Of a stretch of 64,000 nt of DNA, positions 28,450 to 41,010 are shown in pieces. The position numbers were made by a program, and so were the translations under genes. The stretch is from assembly GCA_002269645.1 (NCBI GenBank), contig NIVC01002935.1, positions 65,467 through 129,466 of the forward strand. The letters are read 5' to 3'. Under the pieces are notes generated by a model that was given only the letters and a program-made list of their open reading frames with translations, had not been told where the DNA came from and made no database searches. How positions within the stretch are numbered: position 1 is the stretch's first letter; each line of letters opens with the position of its first letter. The DNA comes from Macrostomum lignano. Its lineage: Eukaryota.

Positions 28450-31400
28450 GGAGGGAGTCCGAGGGGGGCCACCTGATTTTCAATTAGAGCGATATTATAA
28501 TTGTTTGAGCAACTGGGATTTGAGTAACTGCAGGCTGAGACTGAGCTCACGTGCCGCCCATTCTCAATTGGAAGGCTCTGTTTTTCTCGATTCCTCCTAT
28601 CTGGGAGATTGTTGAGTTGCTGCAACTGGGGAAGGCTGGAATGAAAGTGTATGCACATATTAATATTAATACAGAATATCAGTTTTTGTTAATAGGTGCC
28701 AAATTAACAATGGGATTACAGTGAGTGCAGCCAGGTATGAATGAATAAAATTTGCACTATTAAAGTAAAAAATTGCTTTTGTGGATTCTAGAATGAACCT
28801 TGGTTTTTTCTTAGCTAGCCCATAATTTAATAATGTTGACAATCAAAAATAATTACTTTATGGTATAATATAAACACATGGATAGTTTGATTTCTTATTT
28901 GAAATATACATTATTATGAATATTTTTACCTAAATTCAATTTGATTTAAATAGTAAGTAAGTTTGCTAAAATACACTAGCCATAGCCTAGCTTTTTTAAC
29001 TTTATATACAAGCAGTATTTTAAAAATTGCGAGATTTTTTTTAAACTTTTATCTGAAGTACCTAGAAGTAAATTGAAATTTTTACCCAACAATTCTAAAT
29101 ATATAGAAAACTAACAACTATAATTTAAACTTTACATAATTACACTGTGTAATCTTAAATAAAAGTCTATGCTTCAAGATAGAAAATTACAATATTTGTC
29201 AATAGCAAAAGTAACCAAGTTTAAATGTGTTCATCAAGTAAAAAATCTGCACCCTCATTTATTTCTTCAGTGGTTTTAGCACGCTCTAAAAAGCTGCCAT
29301 TTTGTCATAGCAATGCATGCAAATTTTGAACACTCCATAGCCTTAATTAGAAGAAATATTCAACCAAATCATTTAGAAATTGAAACTTTAACCAATAATG
29401 CCATGCAGCTCAAAACAATGAAATTATTCCCAGGCAACTTTGCCTATAAAGAGCAGAAAGGCTTTTATCAGAAGTAGCCAAATTTAGCAGCAGAATTTAA
29501 AAAGCTTTCAAGTTCTGGACTTTTTAGTCTTTTTTTAGACAATTTTTTATGTCAAGGTATAGAATTTAAATAACAATAATTAACAAGTATGTGGTTATAT
29601 AGAGTAAGATAAAGCTGTTAGTTTTTTATATGTACTTGTAAAAAATTATTGCATAAAAATTAATAAGTTTATATGTTTATTCAGTCAAAAGTTATAACAA
29701 AATTCTTGTTACTTTTGTATTGTAACCCTTTGTAGATAATATAGTTCTAGTTTAAATAGTTTATTATAATCTATAATATATTTTTATTATCACACTTATA
29801 CTAGAATTCATTAGTTTCATTTTTTTCTTAAATCAACCCTGGCATAAATGCCTAGTATGAGAACAAATAGAAAAATTAACTGGCATACATTCTTGGCTTT
29901 TGATATAAATTGCAGGATTTTGATAGTGGTATATCTTCTAATTTCAATTAGTTCCATGTAGACATGCTAAATTTGGGAAATAGATACATAAAAAAACAAT
30001 GTTTTTTAGTAAATTTAATAAAATGTATATAGAAAAAAAGTTAAATCTTGCCACAGCTTTTGTATAAAAACATTTTTATTATATTTTTGTTCAAGAAAAT
30101 TTTAATATAGAAAAGAATGCATTGAACTAGTTTTTAAACAAAAACTCTTAGTCTTTATGATGACATAGTCTATTAGCCACATTTATTGATGCCTACCACC
30201 CCTCTATCCAGGAGGGTGTACCAGGCATATAATAAATCTAGTATAAAAGATGAAAGTTTGTCATTTTTTAGTATAATTCCAAGCATAAAATTGACTATAA
30301 ATCATAATTTAGTCTCCCAAAAGGTTTTTGAAAATGCTGATATCAAATTAAAGCTTTATTTCTATATATAGATTAAAACAAACCAAAAGCCAAATATGGC
30401 ATAGGGAATAAAGGGCTTTTAGGATAAGGAGATTATTGATAAAAAAAAAATAAGATTTTAGTAGACACAGAGCTCTATTAAAGTATAAGTATATTAGTAT
30501 ATTTTTCAACCATAGAGACTACCTATCCAAAAGTTTATAAAACCCTAAAATGAAACATAGAATATACAAGGTATATCCAGAAAGTTCTGACACTTTTAAT
30601 CCCAGAGCAAAAAACAGTAGCAGTTGCAAGCACAACTTTAATATCATGTACATGCATGCAATCTTCATTAAAAATATACATAGGTCAAAAAATTATATTT
30701 TGTTATTCAAATATTATTGTTATTATTATTAAAAATACTCTAGGCCTATTGTTAGGATTTTGTACTAATGTAAGCCAGAATAAAATTTTCCCTAGCTTAT
30801 GTATGCCAATGGACTTATAAGTATATTACATACAAAAATATGCCAAGAAAAAAAGAAAAATGACAACTTAAATTATAAACTTGCAAAGTTCAAATTGTTG
30901 AAAAAAATTTAATAAAAATGGATCCAATATTTTTACATCATAAAGAACCAATTTTTTCTTATTGTTTTTGTTTTATCTTCAATTTTTTTATTCAAGTGAA
31001 GTTGAATAAAAAAAATTTTTCTATCATTTTTGAGATCTAGCTACTTTTGATATTTTTATTATCAAAATTTGATAAAAATTTAGCTATTCTATCTATGCAT
31101 ATAAAGAATATGCCAAACTTGAACTTGGTAATTTTTTGTATGCCATCTATAATGTATAATGCACATTGATTAAGACTCATAACTTTGTCTTACTTGCTGT
31201 CCTAACAATTTTTATATGCCAAGCTATATACCATAGGGTATGCTAGGCCCCTTTATATGCCAATTTGTAATGCCAAAATTTAATGATATATACTATACAC
31301 CTGGCATATGCCAGATGCCAGATTCTGGCATATATGTATTATGTTTCAAGTTTGAAAAAGCAATCTATAGCTATAGCCTATGGCAATAGACCAACTTTAA

Positions 31401-32259
31401 ACATAAATTGTGATTTTATAATCACATGGATGGGCAAATAATACTAATATTAAATATATATATGCATTTTATATATATACTCTAGCCCTAGGCTTATACA
31501 AAAAACAAAAATTCAAAAGCCTATGACTACCTAATCATTGTAATTTTTCTAAAATACTAGGGCCCAAATGCTAGCCTATGTATATAAAAAAGTTCATATG
31601 GAATTAGGACAGTCTTAGACCTAGTCCTATTCCTAAGTCACTTAGAAAAAATAAAAAAGGCAACAAATCAAAAGGGCAAATCAATAGGATGACAATCAAA
31701 AGGGTGACAATCAAAAGTTTAAGCTCAAATGTATTAGACTTGTATTTGTCAAAATATACATGTATATGTTTGTTAAAAATGAATTTGTTAAAGTGTATAA
31801 ATAGTTATAATATACTATATATTAGATTTCTATTGGCATTTAATATACATACATTAATGCACTAAGGACTATACTTTAGTATTTAGGGGTAAAAAACTAA
31901 AAAAAAATTTACAAAGCACATTTTTGAAAAAAATATACTATAAAGATATAGATTTTCAGTACAAAAATATTATTGCTTTTAATATAGGAGTCAAACTCAA
32001 TTTTCATCTTTTGATATGTTTTGCCTTTTTTTATAGCTTTGTTGATATTCATAAAGCTTTTCAATAGTCAGCTATGAATCATAGAATAGATTGTACATTC
32101 TAATCTTTATTGCTACTTATACATTTTAACAAATTTAACAAATGCGCTTGCAAAAGGCTAGGCCTAATTTTAATTACTTGTTAATTTTTTAAAAATATAT
32201 TTTAACACAAAAGTTTAATACATGTGAACTTGTAATTCCAAAAATTTGGCATTCTTTCA

Positions 32260-32760
32260 TTTTACGATCTCTTTTCTATCTCTCCTTTCATCTCTTTTCT
32301 ATTTTTCCCATCTCCTGTCCTCTCTATTCTCTTCTCTTCTCTCTCATCTTGCTTATCTCTATTCTTTTTTCTACTCTTTCCTGTATCCCTTCTAGGATTT
32401 CTCATTTTTCGTCTCATCTCTCCCCTCTTCTTTTCTCTTTCCTTTGCTATTCCCTCTATCTCCTCTCTTCTCTCTTCTTTTAACTCTCTCCCCTATTATC
32501 TCTCCTCTCTCATCTTTATCTTATCTTTCTCCTCTCTCTTCCCTCCTCTCTTTTCTTTTATATCTTTTTTCTTATCTCATCTCTCCTCTCTCTTCTTGTC
32601 TCTCTTATTTGCCTCTTCCCATCTATTGTCCTTGCACTCCTCTTCCCTTATCCCTCTTCTTCTATCCACTGTCTCCTATTATATTTTATTTATTCTCTTA
32701 TCCCTTCTCTCACTTCTCCTTTTTCTTATTGTCTATTCATTCTTCTTTCCACTCTCATCT
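32260..32760. repeat. CT-rich polypyrimidine low-complexity tract
   Basis: Direct reading. Confidence 0.85.
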
Positions 32761-35700
32761 GCCCCTGTAGCCATTAGCTAGATTCTTTATCTGGCCTTTG
32801 AGGTAAAAATCTGCTAATCCCTACTTTAAAAGCCAGTCATACTCATGTACTCTCCCAGTTGTACTCTCAAGGGATATAGTACTCTCATGGTTATTTTATT
32901 CTGTGGCCTATTTGTTGACTACTTTGATCACATTATCTTTCTAGGCAATTTACAGTCCCTAGAAGAACTTGTATATTTCTAGCTCCATATTTCCACATAT
33001 CTGATATTGTGGCTAACCTAGGGTTGATGCTTTAAAGTTTGTTCAATTATTAACTAATCATATATACAAACCTTTGTTGAGTCTTACAAACTATTCTACA
33101 TAACTTTGCCTAGGAAAATAGTCTTCTTAAAATGATTATTTATAAGGACCCTAAAGTAACAATACATTAAGTACAAATGCTAGGAGCTTAAGTGGCTACC
33201 TTAGTGTGCGGGTGCGCGGGTACCTTATAGAGACTAAAATTATTTGTTTTGTTTAATTTAAACATTGATTTTATTGACAATTTCTTATCATTTCAATATA
33301 CAATCGTTCAAGTCTAATACAATTCTACTATTGGTGCAATTGTAATTCTAAACCTATAAGCTCTTTCAGTTTTATCTTGCAATCACCTACATATAATTTC
33401 ATCATTTAAATGATTATAAATGATCATATAATGAAATATTTGATACTATACTACAATAAAAATATGCTTTTAAAGAAGTAGTCTTATTTTGAAGTTTGAT
33501 TTTAAGAGTAATTTTAACTTAACTTTTTTATATTCTATTGGAGGATTATAGGCCTATAACAAAAGTCCTGACTCTTATAAGGATAATGCTATGTGATTAT
33601 AAAACAAAAGAATACCATTAATTTATTAGGACTATTACCCAGACCCTTTTGACAACTATTGCTTTTTTTACCTATAATTGGTCATCTAGGGCCTTTGCTA
33701 TTTAAGAATTTTATTTTAGTGGCCTTTCTTTTTTATTTTCACTTTCAGTAGTAGAAGTCAATTAGATCAAAACAAAATATTTTTTGCATCAAACTTTTTT
33801 GTTTTGCTAAACAGTAGAGCAATTTTTCACTAGAACAAGAACTAGAACTTCTTAGAAGCAACATAAAAATGCTCCTTTTTTATAAATTTTGGCATCGATT
33901 ATATTACCCCTTCCAGTTTTACCTGAAAAATGCTACTAATTGTTGAAATATCTTGATCATAAATAAAATAAAACCATATATGAAGGCACAGTCACAGACA
34001 AAACTTATACACTCATCCCCTTGTGTAGGACTATTTGTCCAAAACCATGTTTTTATAATTGAATTACTGAATTTACTGTCTACGAATTTGACTGCTAGCT
34101 ATTTGATAATTGTAAAATATCGTCCATTTGACTTGAAACAAACAGGTTGACGCTGCATATTCTAAACTTATCCTAATCCATAACCTTACCCTAATAACGA
34201 AATAACCTAACGCGCTTAGGCCTAAACTAAGCTATTCAGGTCCTTATCTCAGATCCTTATCAGATCCATATCCTAACCTTATCTTAGTCCTAACATTAAC
34301 CTAAATAACTAAATTATTCAGGTTAACTATTTCGTACCCATTCTAGCGTTCAAAAAATCTGTCTGTTTGGGGTAAACCCTAACGCCTGTTTGCAAAAGAA
34401 AATGAATCATTGTTTTTTATTCAAATATGTCACATTTCTTTTCTTTTCCAAATTTGACTATTTTCTAATACCTAATACTAAAAAATTTAAGAAATAAATT
34501 TAGTGTTTGTCATTAGTTTTTAGTGGAAAAACAAAATAACAACGGCTTTGTACAATATCCATAAGAATTCTTTGTTTTAATGTGTACTTTTTACGTACTG
34601 TACATGTCGGGAAATTTATAAAGTAAAATATTTTTTCTGAGTAAAGTACAGATAAAGCAAGGGGCCAAGGGAATCCAAATGTAAGCGCACAATAATGAAT
34701 ATGCATGTTATTAATTTTCGTGCGTGATCCGAGGTTGTGATGAGCAGCATGAGTGCAAGGACTTAGCTTGTTTTATGTCGATTTTATGTCACCATGGTTC
34801 TTATGTATCTTTGAATAGTATAGAGAGACCGTCTCTGAATATTGTATCTATTTTTATAGCAGCTAGACGAGCCTCGCGGCTCACCAGATCGCCTCAGGAT
34901 CAGAATTTCGGAGTGTGATGGCAAGACATTCAGCAGGTATACCGATCATGTCCCCCACATGTAATTTTCGTGGCACATCGTTATACTCCTCATCTTTAAT
35001 TCACATTAAGACCTGCTCAAGGCTTATCCAGGCCTGTACGTGTACATGTAAAAAGGAGTTTCAGCACTGATGCGATGGCACATGAGCTTGCTTCCTTTAT
35101 GTTACATGTAGCTCGTACACTTGCTGTACTATACTACTGATCGCCTCCCTTCAGTAGTATAATTCTTCTCCCCTTCTACTTCTACACAATCTTGCCCAAT
35201 TCTTTTCTTCCCTCTCTTTACAGTGCAAGTACACGCATGTATCTTCTCTTTATCTTTTATCTGAACCGCGACACCGCGGCTGTATAAAGTTCGATGAGGA
35301 TCATGCAAATTTCAGCATGTTTGCGTCATCTGCAGAATTGGGACCATCCGGGTCATCTGCACGCTTCTGAGTCAATGTCATCAAGTGATGATAGTGACAG
35401 TGACAGTATTATCAATAACAATGACATCATGATGACACAATAATGTCATCACTGTCATATTGTCTCACTGTCACTGTCAATGACTCACTGTCATTGTCTA
35501 TGACAATTAATACCATATCCATATGCACAAGCACATGAATTGTCTCATGAATGTATTTTAGTAGCCTTAAATAATGATTTCGAAGCGTTGAATAATGAGC
35601 GTACAGCCAAGAACATCTCAAATAGAAGGACGGTACACTCAGCTTTCGTATAAATTTTTTGACGGCTGATTTTCACCGTAAAATTCATTGGCGAGGTAGG

Positions 35701-37477
35701 AAATTTTCACGTTTTTCATCCTTAATTAACTGCTATGCTTGATTGCGGCCTTGCTTTAAAAAATCCCCCCAATATGTGAACACAAATATCATATTGTATT
35801 ACTTTTTAATTCGACTGGGTCTATGCCATTTGTATTTAGGCTCTTTTTATGACTTTTTCTTCAGTAAAAATTAATAAGAAAAGTTTACCCTTTTTTCCTT
35901 TTTATAATGTCAATCGTCAGTCTCCGCTAGAGCCTCCCGTGTCAAGCCAGTGGCCATCGGATGCGTGTATCTTTGTTCTTTAATCACTTTATGCCTTAGA
36001 TGTAGCTAGCTACTACATGTTTATACGCTCCTAGTAACTAAAATCAGATAGCGTGCTTCAACTATAAATTTAGCTTTTATAAATAATAAGGTACATGTAC
36101 TTTACTGTACTTGGCAATTCCGCCCTCGTACAGATACAACCGTAAATGTAGCATTATTTTAAAGAGGAATAAATTCTGAACAAATCAGCGAAAGAACTAG
36201 CCCTCTACCATGCAAATAATTAAATAGTTACAGCACTTGAAACAATCGGCCGCCAAAAAAAATTACACGATAACTGGAGTGTAACGTCCTTCTACTTGAG
36301 AAGTTCTTGCGTACAGCGTGTGGTACGATGCGATGTCTGTGGATTTATCTTGGCTTCCACTGCAGTAGCTTACATGTGATTTGAATTGCACACTTGTAAT
36401 TGCTTTTATTGTGCTGAGATGGATCATGGGTAGAAATTTTAGCAGATATGTAGTACTAAAAGTAGTTCGCTTCGATTAGATGTGTTAAATAAAGTATCAA
36501 CTGATGAGAGAAAGTAAGTTTACGCCATGAGAATTTGATATTGATACCTTTTTCAATACTTCATGTAAATATACGAGCTTAAATAGCTGAGATTTGCTTT
36601 GCACCAGTGGATCAAATGCAATTCAACTGTACAGGCCGTATCGATCTGTATGTTTCTACATGCATATGCAGTCTAAATCGTGCGAATCAGCAGGCATCCA
36701 AAATTAGCTCGTATAGACGCATGGCTTGTTTGATGACAATATGAACGAATCTTAAGAGCCTGCAAAGTACATTTGTAACTTGTCTATCGACGTTGTTGGC
36801 AATTGTCGTTTGATGGAACAGCTGCTTAAACGGAGCAAACCCAGAGCCTTACTTGGTTCCAAACTTCCATAAAAGTGCATGCCATTGCACTGAGTACACA
36901 CAGGCATTTGAGAAATCCTCTGAAGTAGAAGTCAGCAAACAAAGCGGGAGGCAGGAGCAGAAATTGTGTAAGTTATATTAATATTATAACTCATTAAAAA
37001 CTCTGGTCGAGTCTTTAATGTAGTTACTAATAAAGTTTTCTCAATGCACTCTGAGGGAATATAATGCTTAGTGTGTCAGCTGCTATATTCATACGCATTA
37101 ACGATTCGATCTAATTCTGCTCCTAACTTCAACTCAGCAAATGCAAACACACCTATATATTGTTGACTTTCAATTCTCTGTGCACATAGGCTGTATTAAT
37201 CTAAAATGGTCCCTACGATTAGTGAGAAATTATTTCTCAAACTTATTGACACAGCTCAAAGTTACAGACCATTAGACATATACAGTGGCTTCAGATGGTC
37301 CTTTCGGCATAGCTTCTACTGTAGAATCGCTGCTATTTTGAACTCTGCTTTCCATAAATGCTTGATTCCCAATACAATACGCTCGCACTAACTTAGCTAT
37401 TTTTCCTCGCCATTTTCAGTATTTCCGTCTGTCTTCTGTCCGCTCCTTTGTCGAACTGATGAAACGGCAGCGCGGCT

Positions 37478-38147
37478 GAATCACATACCAGCTAGATACA
37501 TGCACAACTTAGCAGTCCATGAATCACATACCAGCTAGATACATGCACAACTTAGCAGTCCATGAATCACATACCAGCTAGATACATGCACAACTTAGCA
37601 GTCCATGAATCACACACGAGCTAGATATACATGCACAACTTAGCAGTCCATGAATCACATACCAGCTAGATACATGCACAACTTAGCAGTCCATGAATCA
37701 CACACGAGCTAGATATACATGCACAACTTAGCAGTCCATGAATCACATACCAGCTAGATACATGCACAACTTAGCAGTCCATGAATCACATACCAGCTAG
37801 ATACATGCACAACTTAGCAGTCCATGAATCACATACCAGCTAGATACATGCACAACTTAGCAGTCCATGAATCACATACCAGCTAGATACATGCACAACT
37901 TAGCAGTCCATGAATCACATACCAGCTAGATACATGCACAACTTAGCAGTCCATGAATCACATACCAGCTAGATACATGCACAACTTAGCAGTCCATGAA
38001 TCACATACCAGCTAGATACATGCACAACTTAGCAGTCCATGAATCACATACCAGCTAGATACATGCACAACTTAGCAGTCCATGAATCACATACCAGCTA
38101 GATACATGCACAACTTAGCAGTCCATGAATCACACACTTAGCAGTCC
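37478..38147. repeat. 43-bp tandem repeat (GAATCACATACCAGCTAGATACATGCACAACTTAGCAGTCCAT)
   Basis: About 15.5 near-identical copies (period 37478->37521). Confidence 0.97.
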
Positions 38148-41010
38148 ACTCGAAAGACTTCCTTTTCAAAATTTATCCAGAGTATACCACTACGAAAAAT
38201 CTAAAGAAAGTAAACAATTGGTTTCAAATTAATTCAGATTTCTTGAGAAAGTGAAAAGTCCTGGTAAAATACATCCACCAATAAATAATCATCCCATTAC
38301 GTGTGCGTGTGTAATATATAAATACTATCTCATTCGTCATTGAACTGAGATTGTGACATTAAAATAAAAGAAAAATGGAATTCTGTCTTGACATAAAAAT
38401 TGACTAATGATAAATAGATAACTCTAAACATAAGCGCGTGTAGATAGAAAACTAGAAATTGTATAGATAGACGCCAGTCTCCTCATGGAAGTATGATAAC
38501 ACGTAGCTACATGTAGAACTGCAAGGCAAAGCCATTTGCGATCACTAAGAATGTATTAACTTTCCTCTCAGAATAATAACCAGACCGTACCAGCTACAAT
38601 AGAAGGCTAAATGACTAATGGAACACATGTGCCTACCTTTCTAAGAATTTAAATCACGGGAGCTCTCAAAAGCTCTAGAATAAAACACGTTGAAACGATG
38701 TAAGTTTTTAAGCTATTTTTCTATGAAAACTGGGACTTTCATGAATTTTATCCGTGGAACTAACGTATGATATAAGGTAATAATAGAAAAAACAGCCGAT
38801 ACCTGTAAATAAGTTGCTGTAATAATAAATATGTACACAGAAATAGCAAATCGCTAAAGTTTCAGGCTCGAGATTCTTGTAGATAATTATTTAATTAGAT
38901 GTTATTAACTGATTTACCCGGATAACATATCAAATTAGGCTGATGGCGGTTCATAGGCGCGATTGTCGTACGGATACCTGGTCGCACCCGGCTGCTTGCC
39001 TGGGTCGGTGTCCGGCTCCACTCGGCCAGGTACGCTGCACTCCTGGTTGCTTAGTGTGGGTGGCGCTGCAGAAGTGCGTAGGGAGTACGAGGAACGTGGA
39101 TTGTTTTTTCAGACAATCAGACTACTCAAGTAGTGCAAAAGAGTACGTGCAACTACCGAGAAATCTAATTTTCGTAACCGCTCCGGTGCAGGTCCTGGCT
39201 ATAGATAGTAGACGTAAAATAATAATGAAGAGAAAACTGCCAGATGGAGAGAAAGTGCATGGCTTGCGAGTGCAGTATCGCCTAGACCACGAGTGCGCGT
39301 AGAGTGTCCATGGCATCGATGCACTAGCAAGCCGTACATTTTATCACATTGTCAACTAAGCTAGCTAGACAACTGTGGGATTTTTCCATAGACAATTCAA
39401 ACCGTCAGCGTAGAATAATGCCCATCGTCTATGACAAAAAGCATATTCAAAGCACATTGTTGCACGAATGTACGATTTCGAATTGTGGAATAATGAATGC
39501 ACAGCGTGGGACACTGACGGCAAACTTGTTAAAAATGAACACTAAAAATCGTGATATATGAATCACGAATACGTCATTTTGAATTTTCGACGAGCGCCAG
39601 CAGGCCGACGTTGCGTATCACAGAGATGAATAAATGGGCAAAACACTGCAATCCGCCATTGTACCAAATAACAGAGCCTACTTAAGTAACTTACTCTAAA
39701 ATAATATTGAACGCGAATGTTACCGCAGCCTTGCTCCTCAGTCACTCAGGACACCAATCAGCCTTTAAGCAAACCAGGCGGTATAGGCAATATGTAACTT
39801 GGTACCTGATAAATCTCCAGCTTAACACTCTGCAAGGCGGTCTTGCTAAAATTGGAAATCTCCCCAGTAACATGCACGTGCTCCCCTGGCACGAAGGCCT
39901 TTTTAGGCAGCTCGACGCGGACTAGAACTTCGCCGTAGCAACTGCTGCAATTAAAACAGATACAGGCATTACAGGTGACATTAAACTCTCCGGTAGCGTT
40001 GTATGGTCCGATTTCTTCCGGCCGACAGAAATTCAAATCGAAATCGCGGATAACAGTAAAAAAACTTCTTGGCCATATTGCTCTTATTCCACGACCGGTC
40101 CATTCTCGCCTGGATGTAGTAACGGATGTTCCCTATGCTGCTTTCGAAGGATGCCGGAGCCGTTGGCGGCAATTGAAAGGAAACTGGATAGATAAATTCG
40201 CCAGCCGGGTGATGGTTGTCTGTGGGGGCTGTGAAAGTTTATTGTGAACAGCGACGGAATCATTGAAAAACTCAAACTGGACAGAAATTTTGGCTATTTC
40301 GGAAATGGCTCAAAAAAGCTTTAGATGAAAACTGTAAATGGGAAACTAATTGTTATTGAATTCTAAGCTGCAATGCAGTATTGTGCTATGCTGCCAGAAG
40401 CCATTGAACTATTGTGCTATGACGTAATTTAGGTCGGAGTCATTTATGATGTATGATCGGACGGTGCAAGTTTCATAAGAATCGGTTGAGCCAATTCTTC
40501 TAAAATAAGTCACATAGCTACCTAGAAATAACTCATTAAGTATACACCATTTTACCCTCAAATACCCTCCTCGCCTTTGAACAAAATCCGTTTCACTTTA
40601 GACAGTCGGAACTTCAGTTTAGACACTTTTAGTAGACTGGAGCCCCGAATCTACATTCACTATCGACAAACTCCGTTTCAGTATCGACAGCTAAGCTTTG
40701 TGGTGCTACAATTCTATCTATTTACATAGGCAAGTGTTATAAGTTTAGCATTTCGAGTGACCGAGACTTAATAACGCAGGAGCTGCTAAAAAGATGCGGC
40801 ATGCAGGCGCGTGTATTTTTCTTGATCCATTATAACGCGCGGACCTTGGCTCTTCTTTGCCCAGAGCTGAACTGAACAGTGTTAATGTCCATAGACATAA
40901 AATAACATTTTCGAATATCATGCACTTATACACAACACCCCGACCAAAGATTCCAAACAATGAAGTTAGTTTTACTGGGTCAATCTGTTCACAAGATACG
41001 CTTGTAGCAG

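Noticed and set aside
34150-34390. CCTAA-rich stretch as an interstitial telomere
   Set aside because: Too degenerate; no tandem TTAGGG run
35385-35505. Imperfect inverted repeat of GTGACA/TGTCAC motifs
   Set aside because: Low-complexity origin, short arms, no TSD
37478-38147. 43-bp array as a CRISPR or RNA-gene array
   Set aside because: No spacers and no recognisable RNA structure or promoter boxes
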